Shown piece after piece: positions 50,890-58,661 of a stretch of DNA of 64,000 nt; positions within the stretch are counted from its first letter, which is position 1; the number at the start of each line of letters is the position of its first letter. The stretch is taken from positions 412,237-476,236 of the IMG/VR virus record IMGVR_UViG_3300032236_002285, one strand, 5' to 3'. Made by a program: the position numbers and the translations under genes. Under the pieces are notes generated by a model. It saw only the letters and a program-made list of their open reading frames with translations, was not told the DNA's origin and did no database searches.

Positions 50890-51158
50890 ATTCCTAACTT
50901 ATTTAGTTTTAAATCTCTTTCACCAGCCAAATCCACAAAACACTCAATTGGTACAAACTCTTCATGAAAGTAATAAGGACCTTTTAACTTAACACATATT
51001 CTATCCGGAAAATGAAAATCAACATCAGTTACTTTATATTTTTCACCTATGATTAAACGCTCATTATCATAATCACCACCTATATAACCAATAGAATAAG
51101 AATTTAACTTAACACAAGTTAAAATATCACCTATTTTGAAATCTTTATATGTTTTCAT
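50886..51158 (-). CDS. SH3-like small protein, C-tag
   Basis: IGDILTCV..LIIGEKYKV; ends RDLKLNKLGI. Confidence 0.7.
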   Translation of the reverse strand: MKTYKDFKIGDILTCVKLNSYSIGYIGGDYDNERLIIGEKYKVTDVDFHFPDRICVKLKGPYYFHEEFVPIECFVDLAGERDLKLNKLGI

Positions 51159-51544
51159 ATACCTAACTCACTTAATATTTTATCACGCTTAATCGCTTCA
51201 TCTGAATCAAAGTAAATATCACCACGAAGATAAAACTCCATCGTCTCAGTATAGTTTTGACCATGTTGTGATGAACGAAACTGAACCGTTAACCTCTTTG
51301 CTTTAGCAACCAAATCTGGACAATCCAATATCTTTGATTTTAACTGCTCACGAATATCCTTTTTAACCCAATTCATCAACTCATGTGTTAAACACGAACC
51401 GTTCATTGTACTGCGCTCAACTTCTTCATAAGCATCCTGATATCGTGTAGGTAATCTAAACTCTAAAGTATCAACCTGCCAAAACATCCACCAATACTTG
51501 CGGTAAACCGCATAACCCTTATTATGTTTTTTAATATAACCCAT
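51155..51544 (-). CDS. Hypothetical protein, C-tag
   Basis: Ends RDKILSELGI. Confidence 0.7.
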   Translation of the reverse strand: MGYIKKHNKGYAVYRKYWWMFWQVDTLEFRLPTRYQDAYEEVERSTMNGSCLTHELMNWVKKDIREQLKSKILDCPDLVAKAKRLTVQFRSSQHGQNYTETMEFYLRGDIYFDSDEAIKRDKILSELGI

Positions 51545-52043
51545 CTAATATCTTATTTAAAACATTATCTCTTCTTAAAGCAACATAGTCAAAGTATTCA
51601 TCTACCAAGCGAACCGTATAAACAAAACACGGCTTACCTAAACTATTACCACCTTTACCTTTAGCAGCACCTAATCTATACAATTCATCATCAGATAATA
51701 AACAAAATGAATTAATTTGACTATCTGAACAAAGGCATTGAAAGTAAGGCATATCTATCTTCTTGGTATATAAATCATGAAATTCTTTAGTAGTTTTATA
51801 ACCAGGTATCACCTCATGTAAAGTTTCTTCAGTATAACCCTTACGAATCCACTCAATTGAATTACAAACCAATCCATTGTAATACCAATACTTATCATAA
51901 TCAGTAATAATCTGAGTTGATTTAAAAACAATTTTACCAAGATACTCTTGACCAGGTATAAGTATCTCACCCCAATGAGCCGCCATTGATTTCTTACACT
52001 TCAATGTCAAAGATTCTCCTAATTTTGTTTTTTCTAAGTTCAT
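51531..52043 (-). CDS. Hypothetical protein, C-tag (start uncertain)
   Basis: LKCKK..LIPGQEY; RDNVLNKIL near end. Confidence 0.65.
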   Translation of the reverse strand: MNLEKTKLGESLTLKCKKSMAAHWGEILIPGQEYLGKIVFKSTQIITDYDKYWYYNGLVCNSIEWIRKGYTEETLHEVIPGYKTTKEFHDLYTKKIDMPYFQCLCSDSQINSFCLLSDDELYRLGAAKGKGGNSLGKPCFVYTVRLVDEYFDYVALRRDNVLNKILDGLY

Positions 52044-52116
52044 TTCTCAAAGTTTTAATTGTTTGCCTCATAGCACGAGCAAACGTTTCATCAGCTAATC
52101 CATTCATCCAACTCAT
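51994..52116 (-). CDS. 40-aa C-tag protein (not in ORF track)
   Basis: MSWMNGLADETF...LRKNKIRRIFDIEV*; ATGA-coupled to the ACP-like gene. Confidence 0.5.
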   Translation of the reverse strand: MSWMNGLADETFARAMRQTIKTLRNELRKNKIRRIFDIEV

Positions 52117-52403
52117 AAACCCAACTCTTCTATTTTCTTATTACGAAGATACGATTTAAATACCATCGGCTTTTTATTTCCTCCAATAAAAGCATCCACC
52201 ACTTCATCTGGAATAACAATGTCTAATCTTTTCTCTAGCTCCATTGCCAACTCAACACAATCTAAATCATCATAACCATTATCATTCCAAGTTTTATTCA
52301 TATCTAATGGATAACCTATCTTTTCATTAGCAACCTCCATCAAAATCTCTGGAGTTACCTTAACTATATCTGGACACTTTTCGATCATTTCTAATTCTGT
52401 CAT
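52113..52403 (-). CDS. Acyl carrier protein-like protein lacking the pantetheine serine, C-tag
   Basis: GYDDLDCVELAMELEKRLDIVIPDE versus ACP GxDSLDxVELxMxxE..F.IxIPDE; ends RNKKIEELGL. Confidence 0.8.
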   Translation of the reverse strand: MTELEMIEKCPDIVKVTPEILMEVANEKIGYPLDMNKTWNDNGYDDLDCVELAMELEKRLDIVIPDEVVDAFIGGNKKPMVFKSYLRNKKIEELGL

Positions 52404-52777
52404 AGTATTTGCTTTAATTTTTTATCTCTTATTTCTTGTAATAGTGAAGGTATATACTGACCCCACTTTATATAAATCTTCATCTTTTCAGCATCCCAAT
52501 CAAAATCATCAATTGATTTATAACTATTTTTGCCATATACCGCCGTGTGATGATTAATCAACATATCAATACACTCATTCATAAACACCTGACGAATTCC
52601 AATATCCGATATCTCACCAGCCCAATCTGTTAACTGCTTATGAAATTCAGACCACTCATTTAACTTTCTCATTCGCTTACTATGTTGACGGGTTTCTTTA
52701 AAGAATCTCCAAACTATTCCAACAATTACAAACAAAAACACTAAAAATAATGCCGCTTGTATAATCTTAAATATCAT
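52400..52777 (-). CDS. N-terminal TM protein, C-tag
   Basis: Ends RDKKLKQIL. Confidence 0.7.
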   Translation of the reverse strand: MIFKIIQAALFLVFLFVIVGIVWRFFKETRQHSKRMRKLNEWSEFHKQLTDWAGEISDIGIRQVFMNECIDMLINHHTAVYGKNSYKSIDDFDWDAEKMKIYIKWGQYIPSLLQEIRDKKLKQIL

Positions 52778-53067
52778 ATACCTAACTTATTTAACTTTTC
52801 TTGACGATTTATTAATTTAGTAATATCAACCAAATACCCTTTAGTAAAACAACCAGCAATAGTTAACCTAACACTCGTCATTTTATCCCAATCTATTGTA
52901 AATTCAGCATCATACTCTACCTTACCAAACACCACCTTAGGACCTTTATCTGAATACATATGAATAGTAATAATATCACCAATATCAAAATGATGATAAT
53001 AATGAACATCAGTATCTAAACAGATACTAACACCACCCTTCATTACTTCTAAATAATAAACCGTCAT
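52774..53067 (-). CDS. Small protein, C-tag
   Basis: Probable start ATG 53067, 6 nt after TATCTTTG; ends RQEKLNKLGI. Confidence 0.7.
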   Translation of the reverse strand: MTVYYLEVMKGGVSICLDTDVHYYHHFDIGDIITIHMYSDKGPKVVFGKVEYDAEFTIDWDKMTSVRLTIAGCFTKGYLVDITKLINRQEKLNKLGI

Positions 53068-53073
53068 AAAACA

Positions 53074-53105
53074 CAAAGATACGAATAATATTTTAAAAAA
53101 ACAAA
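53074..53105 (-). promoter_or_regulatory. Bacteroidota sigma70 promoter
   Basis: TTTG-N20-TATCTTTG. Confidence 0.7.
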
Positions 53106-53112
53106 AATCAAT

Positions 53113-53331
53113 CTATTGATTGATCTTCTTACACTTTTTAAGTAAAACATTAATAGTTTTTACCACATCACCTCCAAAACTTAACCTACAGAATTTATAA
53201 ATATGTCCTTCACGATTACGATAATATATCCTATCTACTTGACATATAATATCACTGCCATAATAATTATCACCGCAAGTAACCTTATCACCTACTTTTA
53301 TATCACTACTTAAAAAATTAAACCATTTCAT
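53113..53331 (-). CDS. Small hypothetical (SH3/KOW-like) protein
   Basis: IKVGDKVTC. Confidence 0.55.
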   Translation of the reverse strand: MKWFNFLSSDIKVGDKVTCGDNYYGSDIICQVDRIYYRNREGHIYKFCRLSFGGDVVKTINVLLKKCKKINQ

Positions 53332-53447
53332 ACTAACTCTTATTTATATTATACTTTTTAATTATTACGATGTTTTTAGTTTAAAAATTTTTTCTTTTCG
53401 AGTTTACGAGTTTAAAAATTTTCCAGGAATCTCCACCCACCACAACA

Positions 53448-53672
53448 TTAAACCCTACTCAACCTATCTCGCAACCTTTTCATAGCTTCTATACGAAAAT
53501 AAACACTATCCGCCCAACGATTAACCAAATCATCAACATCACCACGACCACAATAATATAAATTATTCATAATAGTCATATCATACCTATACTTAAATAT
53601 ATTCATCTCTAAAACACGAATACGATGGTCCAAAATAGCTACCTTCATTTTATTAGATATACTTACACACAT
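53448..53672 (-). CDS. Hypothetical protein
   Basis: 74 aa; upstream TAATATATA at 53677-53685. Confidence 0.5.
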   Translation of the reverse strand: MCVSISNKMKVAILDHRIRVLEMNIFKYRYDMTIMNNLYYCGRGDVDDLVNRWADSVYFRIEAMKRLRDRLSRV

Positions 53673-53763
53673 AAGTTATATATTAATAACATATTATTAA
53701 CAATGATAAATTTTACTTATTTTTTATAATAAAACAAATAAATAACAAATTCATATAAACACT

Positions 53764-54024
53764 ATGATAGAACACTTTAAACTAACAGATATAAATATAC
53801 AATCAAACGAAGGTAAATTACTAATGGCAGCAGTAGCCATTCTTACCTCTATCGATCATAAACATATCATCTCAGGTAGATGGGGTGGCACAATAACACC
53901 AGATACAGCAGTTAAACAAATAACAGAACTATCTAACAAAATCTACTACGAAGAAGAATACAAAGCAGAACAACAAAGAATCGAAAGAGATAATAAAATT
54001 AATAAGATACTAAGAAATGAGTAA
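53764..54024 (+). CDS. Small protein, C-tag
   Basis: RDNKINKIL near end. Confidence 0.7.
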   Translation: MIEHFKLTDINIQSNEGKLLMAAVAILTSIDHKHIISGRWGGTITPDTAVKQITELSNKIYYEEEYKAEQQRIERDNKINKILRNE

Positions 54025-54406
54025 TTTAACTAACAGGTCAGCGTGGCACGGTGCTGGTATTGCACAAATAACAGGGTCTCAAGGCTCTATAGGAATAACA
54101 GGCGCTAAAGGTACACCAGGTAACCAATTCCAAATAGAAGAACTTGAAGAACTACAAAAAAAGTATCATAACCGCTTTATCATTAGAATAGAATACGATG
54201 ATGTAGACTTATCTCCTACTAACCTAATAAAAGATACTCACGAAGTGAGAGTGTCTAAAGACACTACTACTACCAATAGAGAATATAAGCTCATACCTAA
54301 AAGTATTTCTAATATAGTAAACGAAACAGATAAATTCATACAAACTCTAATAGTAATGATTAGAGATGAAAAATTAGACAAAATCATCAATGGCAGAAAA
54401 AGTTAA
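54017..54406 (+). CDS. Protein with short Gly-X-Y run, C-tag
   Basis: GSQ-GSI-GIT-GAK-GTP-GNQ; RDEKLDKII near end. Confidence 0.7.
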   Translation: MSNLTNRSAWHGAGIAQITGSQGSIGITGAKGTPGNQFQIEELEELQKKYHNRFIIRIEYDDVDLSPTNLIKDTHEVRVSKDTTTTNREYKLIPKSISNIVNETDKFIQTLIVMIRDEKLDKIINGRKS

Positions 54407-54629
54407 AAAAATAGGTTGGGAAAAAGCTTCACTATTTAATAAGAACTTCGATAAAATATACGACTTCTGGAAAAAGAAAGCCGAAGACGAATATAACTAC
54501 TACGATGACCTGAAACTAATCAAAGAACATAATAAAGTAATTATCTATATTATAATAGATGATATTGACCAATACACAGAACGTGAAGAATGGCATAATG
54601 ACCCAGATGACCCAGAAACAATAATATAA
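54390..54629 (+). CDS. Hypothetical protein
   Basis: 79-aa ORF coupled to the upstream gene. Confidence 0.6.
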   Translation: MAEKVKKIGWEKASLFNKNFDKIYDFWKKKAEDEYNYYDDLKLIKEHNKVIIYIIIDDIDQYTEREEWHNDPDDPETII

Positions 54630-54632
54630 GAT

Positions 54633-54821
54633 ATGGTAAGAGTACCTTGTTATAACTGCGGAATAGGAATTGATTTAGAACCAATCGGGATTCGGTCGGG
54701 TTATGATACCTTATGTAAAGAATGTAAATGCCATATAGAATCAGATAAAAGAGATAAGAAGTTAGACAAACTATTGAAAAGAAATATATGGCAACGAATA
54801 AAACAACTTATAAAAATATAA
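54633..54821 (+). CDS. Zn-ribbon protein, C-tag + amphipathic tail
   Basis: CYNC..CKEC; RDKKLDKLL-KRNIWQRIKQLIKI. Confidence 0.65.
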   Translation: MVRVPCYNCGIGIDLEPIGIRSGYDTLCKECKCHIESDKRDKKLDKLLKRNIWQRIKQLIKI

Positions 54822-54976
54822 ACGGGGTTTATAAATTAAAGATAATAGTATGTAATAATTGCGGTACTATCATGGATGGTGAAGTTAGTTCTTGTACCGT
54901 ATGCAGAGATGCGAAATTGGGTAAATTACTGAAAAGGTCTATTTGGAGGAAAATTAGAGATTTTGTTAGATTATAA
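54788..54976 (+). CDS. Zn-ribbon paralog, C-tag + amphipathic tail
   Basis: CNNC..CTVC; RDAKLGKLL-KRSIWRKIRDFVRL. Confidence 0.6.
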   Translation: MATNKTTYKNINGVYKLKIIVCNNCGTIMDGEVSSCTVCRDAKLGKLLKRSIWRKIRDFVRL

Positions 54977-54982
54977 AAACAT

Positions 54983-55009
54983 TACAGAAAAGTGCTACGT
55001 TTTTCTGTA
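54983..55009 (+). repeat. 27-bp imperfect palindrome, copy 1
   Basis: tacagaaaa-gtgctacgt-ttttctgta. Confidence 0.85.
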
Positions 55010-55231
55010 GAATTTTGTGTTGATCCTATTCACGCTTATCAGCATCTACCGAAACCTTCTACTCTGTACTGATCCGTATATACAAGCACCTCTGAAAGCC
55101 GCACCCCCATTACGTTTCCGAGGTGTCATTTTTTCACAAAAAATCGATGTTAATTTGGCCTTACCACAAAGGTTTTCAGCGGCCGAATGACGATTTGACA
55201 AAACCAAATAAAGTTGTCCACATATTACATA

Positions 55232-55258
55232 TACAGAAATTTGCTGCGTTTTTCTGTA
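55232..55258 (+). repeat. 27-bp imperfect palindrome, copy 2
   Basis: tacagaaat-ttgctgcgt-ttttctgta. Confidence 0.85.
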
Positions 55259-55263
55259 GTCAA

Positions 55264-55290
55264 TTATATACCTAATGACTCTAATTTATC
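55264..55290 (-). pseudogene. Orphan C-tag-coding remnant
   Basis: GAT AAA TTA GAG TCA TTA GGT ATA TAA (DKLESLGI*) directly after the stop of 55289..55534. Confidence 0.6.
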
Positions 55291-55534
55291 ATATACCTAA
55301 TGATTTTAGTTTTTTATCACGACTTTCGTCTAAGTTTAATTCTGTATCGCGCCAGTGAGCGTATAAACTCTTAGTTTGTAATTGCTTTTTAGAACATCTT
55401 TTACATATTCGGAATAAGGTATGCTGCTGCCAACGGTAGGTTGAGCTGTTTTGCTTTTTTACCACAAGAGAGCCAAAAGAATCGCGATCTGTAAAGTATC
55501 GCCAGTTGTGGCCTATTATTTTACAAAGTATCAT
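55289..55534 (-). CDS. DUF1660-like small protein, C-tag
   Basis: CKIIGHNW..CKRC; ends RDKKLKSLGI. Confidence 0.7.
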   Translation of the reverse strand: MILCKIIGHNWRYFTDRDSFGSLVVKKQNSSTYRWQQHTLFRICKRCSKKQLQTKSLYAHWRDTELNLDESRDKKLKSLGI

Positions 55535-55665
55535 ATTCCTAAATTTCTTAGTTTCTGCTGTCCTACTGGTGATGTAGCATCTTCATTTACATCACCATAG
55601 AATGTTATAAAGATAAAGATAAAAAGTGGGTCTACAAAATTATGTAGCGTTTTTCTGTAACTACT
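55531..55665 (-). pseudogene. Start-less frame ending in C-tag
   Basis: ...SPVGQQKLRNLGI*; no ATG/GTG/TTG in frame; 5' part overlaps palindrome copy 3. Confidence 0.45.
55633..55659 (+). repeat. 27-bp imperfect palindrome, copy 3
   Basis: tacaaaatt-atgtagcgt-ttttctgta. Confidence 0.8.
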
Positions 55666-55882
55666 TTAGAATAGAATCTATCTTTGTTTCTCGCCATTTG
55701 TCTAATGGGGTTAGTATCCTTTCAATTGTGTTTAAGTGTAGTGTTGTTACCCGTTTATTTTCGGTGGTGAATATATCACGGTATGCACCGCCTAGTGATA
55801 GTGGTGTTTTTATTATATAGATGTTACCTTTTTGGAAGGTGATATCGTGTAGAGTAAAGGTTTTTATACAGATGTATTTCAT
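55661..55882 (-). CDS. SH3-like small protein, C-tag
   Basis: MKYICIK..FQKGNIYI; ends RETKIDSILK. Confidence 0.7.
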   Translation of the reverse strand: MKYICIKTFTLHDITFQKGNIYIIKTPLSLGGAYRDIFTTENKRVTTLHLNTIERILTPLDKWRETKIDSILK

Positions 55883-55903
55883 ACTTTTTCGAGTATTACA
55901 TAT

Positions 55904-55930
55904 TACAGAAAAGTGCCGCGGATTTCTGTA
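55904..55930 (+). repeat. 27-bp imperfect palindrome, copy 4
   Basis: tacagaaaa-gtgccgcgg-atttctgta. Confidence 0.85.
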
Positions 55931-55935
55931 GTTTA

Positions 55936-56274
55936 TTAGAATAATATTACTGGTGGTTGGTTATTTAAGTAAAGTGCATAGGTGAATAAGCAAATTGTGG
56001 TTATAAGCCATATCCACCAAGATTTTTTTGTCATAAATCTGTTTTCGGATTGAACTTCTTTGTTTTTAGCGAACAAGAGTAGATATAGATATGCTTTGAT
56101 AGTTGATGATATCAGTATAAGTATTAAGATTAATGTTTTTAATTCAAATCCTATCATTTTAGAATTAGGTCCAAACTTCAGTGAATTAAAACTTAACAAA
56201 TTAGTTGTTCTGCTTATGATAAATAGCATGGCAAATCCGATAATGAATGCTATTAGTTTGTGTGATGCTTTCAT
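55936..56274 (-). CDS. Three-TM membrane protein
   Basis: Three hydrophobic helices; TAACTTTG upstream. Confidence 0.7.
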   Translation of the reverse strand: MKASHKLIAFIIGFAMLFIISRTTNLLSFNSLKFGPNSKMIGFELKTLILILILISSTIKAYLYLLLFAKNKEVQSENRFMTKKSWWIWLITTICLFTYALYLNNQPPVILF

Positions 56275-56353
56275 AGTTTTGTTTTAAGCAAAGTTACTAT
56301 AATATAAAATAACTACCAAAATCATATGTAATCTAGCGTGTGTATTTCATACT

Positions 56354-56692
56354 TTATAATGATTCAATCTTAGCAATTACTTTATCTCTACGTTTGATAG
56401 CTGATTCGTTTTTATCACCGGTAGAGTTGTTAGACCAGAATGTATTGAAGTCAAATCTTACATAGAAGTTGTAGTTATCATTACCTGAGATACCACCTGA
56501 ACGAGCATTATAAGATTTAGGGAATTTGGCTTTATAAGCTTCAGCTTCGTCTTTTGTTTCAAAGTAAGCGGTAATACTTCTTACTTCATTAGCATCTCCA
56601 ATATCATTTACAGATGTTAATAAAGGTAGGGCGTAGTAGCCACTGGTATCTGTAGGGTTTTTATAATCTAGACGGTGAACAAGTAGTTTCAT
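56354..56692 (-). CDS. Hypothetical protein
   Basis: 112 aa; promoter TTTG-N19-TATCTTTG at 56709-56739. Confidence 0.7.
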   Translation of the reverse strand: MKLLVHRLDYKNPTDTSGYYALPLLTSVNDIGDANEVRSITAYFETKDEAEAYKAKFPKSYNARSGGISGNDNYNFYVRFDFNTFWSNNSTGDKNESAIKRRDKVIAKIESL

Positions 56693-56748
56693 AGTGTAGT
56701 GATTTATACAAAGATATGAAATATTACTAACAAAACAAAATTGTGAGG

Positions 56749-57306
56749 TTAAATGTTATTATATCCCTCAACGGATTCTACTGGTGGTTTTCCAATCTCT
56801 TGTAGGAAATCGTTTAATCTATCGATGATTATCTCATCATCATGTATAATATCATAATCATTAAACAATTCTATATAATCTTTATTATAGAATAATAGCC
56901 AAATGTCACTAACTGGGTTATTATAAAGGTAAATATCACCAACAACCACCTTTGGAAAATGTTCTAACGATGTTAATTTATTATTTTTACAACTAAAATA
57001 ACCACCAACGGATTCAGGACAATCTTCCAAAGATGTTAATTGATTATAAGAACAATTAAAATTACCACCAACGTATTTAGGAGCACCTTCCAAAGATATT
57101 AGTTTATTATCAATACAATTAAAATCACCAGTAACCTTTCTAAACTTTAATGGTAGCTTTGCTAATCCTTTATTTTCTAAATCAACATTACCATCAACAT
57201 CAATCGAACCATCTTCGTTAATAGTATAATCTTCTATACCACAAATTTTACATATATCATCAATGTCATTTTCAATAAATGATTCATATAGTTTTAAGTA
57301 TTTCAT
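56749..57306 (-). CDS. LRR protein paralog A with CTS-like leader
   Basis: Probable start ATG 57306 (MKYLKLYESFIE); about 22-aa repeats VGGxFxCxxNxLTSLExxP. Confidence 0.85.
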   Translation of the reverse strand: MKYLKLYESFIENDIDDICKICGIEDYTINEDGSIDVDGNVDLENKGLAKLPLKFRKVTGDFNCIDNKLISLEGAPKYVGGNFNCSYNQLTSLEDCPESVGGYFSCKNNKLTSLEHFPKVVVGDIYLYNNPVSDIWLLFYNKDYIELFNDYDIIHDDEIIIDRLNDFLQEIGKPPVESVEGYNNI

Positions 57307-57310
57307 TATC

Positions 57311-57922
57311 TTATATATTATTATATCCTTCAACGGATTTCACTGGTGGCTTACCAATCTCTTGTAAGAACTCATTTAATCTATCAATGATAATGCTATT
57401 ACCACGAATAACATCGTAATCGTTGAGTAATTCAATCTTATCTTTATCCTTGAATAATTGCCAAATATTATCAACCGGATTATCATAAAGGTAAATATCA
57501 CCACCAACCTGTGGGAAATGTTCTAAAGATCTTAATTGATTATTACAACAATTAAAATAACCACTAACTGATCTAGGAGAACCAACCAAACTAGTTAATT
57601 GATTATGACTACAATCAAAACGATCACCTACCGATTCAGGACAACCTTGCAAACTAGTTAATCTATTGAAAGAGCAATAAAAACTACCACCAACATATTG
57701 AGGAGAACCCTCTAATGATGTTAATTGATTATTAGAACAATAAAAAGTACCAGTAACCTTACCGAACTTTAGTGGTAGCTTTTTTAATCCTTTATTATTT
57801 AAATTAACATTACCATCGACATCAATAGATCCATCCGAGTTTATAGTATAGTTTTTTATACCATACTTTTTACAGATAGCATCAATTTCATTAAATGATT
57901 CATATAGTTTTAAGTATTTCAC
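57311..57922 (-). CDS. LRR protein paralog B with CTS-like leader
   Basis: GTG start, MKYLKLYESFNE; one more repeat than paralog A; near-identical caps. Confidence 0.85.
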   Translation of the reverse strand: MKYLKLYESFNEIDAICKKYGIKNYTINSDGSIDVDGNVNLNNKGLKKLPLKFGKVTGTFYCSNNQLTSLEGSPQYVGGSFYCSFNRLTSLQGCPESVGDRFDCSHNQLTSLVGSPRSVSGYFNCCNNQLRSLEHFPQVGGDIYLYDNPVDNIWQLFKDKDKIELLNDYDVIRGNSIIIDRLNEFLQEIGKPPVKSVEGYNNI

Positions 57923-57949
57923 AAGGTATATATTAAATGTCTTTTATAT

Positions 57950-58045
57950 AAAAAAAGACAACCTGCCCTTGATTTCTTCAGACATTTTATAGTCCGCCCT
58001 TCGTACTTTGATATCCAGTCGGCAACCTGTTTATCGTTTCTGACA
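57950..58045 (-). ncRNA. Candidate small RNA
   Basis: TATCTTTG (58049-58056) followed by about 95 GC-richer nt ending in a weak hairpin plus U-tract; only mini-ORFs under 20 aa. Confidence 0.3.
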
Positions 58046-58071
58046 ATACAAAGATAAGGAGGATTACTTAA

Positions 58072-58347
58072 TTAAACAAGGGATTCTAATAATTTATTTC
58101 TTTTATATACTTTATAATCTTCTAATGGCATCCAATGTGTTGGTTGAAAAGGAAATTGAGGATGATTGTCGGTAAAGAAGTTATCTGAATCTTGTGGGTC
58201 TTGAAAGTTCCATTTATATTCACTACTCATAAGATACCACATAATAGCTTCTTGGTTACCATCAGTAGTCATAACATCATATCCTTCTGGTGGATAGTTG
58301 CTATCTGGTTGGTTATTTAAATCTTTATTATTAAAGGCTATCCACAT
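58072..58347 (-). CDS. Small protein (DUF551-like PTHWMPL tail), C-tag
   Basis: MWI..N..P..V...PTHWMPL; ends RNKLLESLV. Confidence 0.65.
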   Translation of the reverse strand: MWIAFNNKDLNNQPDSNYPPEGYDVMTTDGNQEAIMWYLMSSEYKWNFQDPQDSDNFFTDNHPQFPFQPTHWMPLEDYKVYKRNKLLESLV

Positions 58348-58349
58348 TG

Positions 58350-58613
58350 TTATATTAGTTCTGATAATTTAATACCTCTTAAAATTGATTTCCATTTACT
58401 TACTTCTGAGTTATCTATAATGCTATCTGCTTTATAGATAATAACTTTATCATCAACTATTTCATAGATAACTTTTTTAGTATGATTTAAATGTGACATT
58501 GGTTTACCAATTAACATAATCATATTATCACCTATAAGTTTAACATCTTGTATCTCAGTGGTGTGATTAGGATAGTGTAGTTTAATAAGGTCTATAATTT
58601 CTTGTTTATCCAT
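58350..58613 (-). CDS. Small protein, C-tag
   Basis: Ends RGIKLSELI; TATCTTTG 4 nt upstream of ATG. Confidence 0.7.
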   Translation of the reverse strand: MDKQEIIDLIKLHYPNHTTEIQDVKLIGDNMIMLIGKPMSHLNHTKKVIYEIVDDKVIIYKADSIIDNSEVSKWKSILRGIKLSELI

Positions 58614-58661
58614 TAGGCAAAGATAATATTTAGCAATTAATTATTTTTATAATGTATAGGT

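Noticed and set aside
54983-55930. Integron attC sites or a CRISPR mini-array
   Set aside because: No RYYYAAC/GTTRRRY core, irregular gene-sized spacing and no IntI or Cas nearby; kept only as an unassigned repeat
56749-57922. Diversity-generating retroelement target/template pair
   Set aside because: Differences are not restricted to adenines and no reverse transcriptase is present; ordinary tandem duplication fits better
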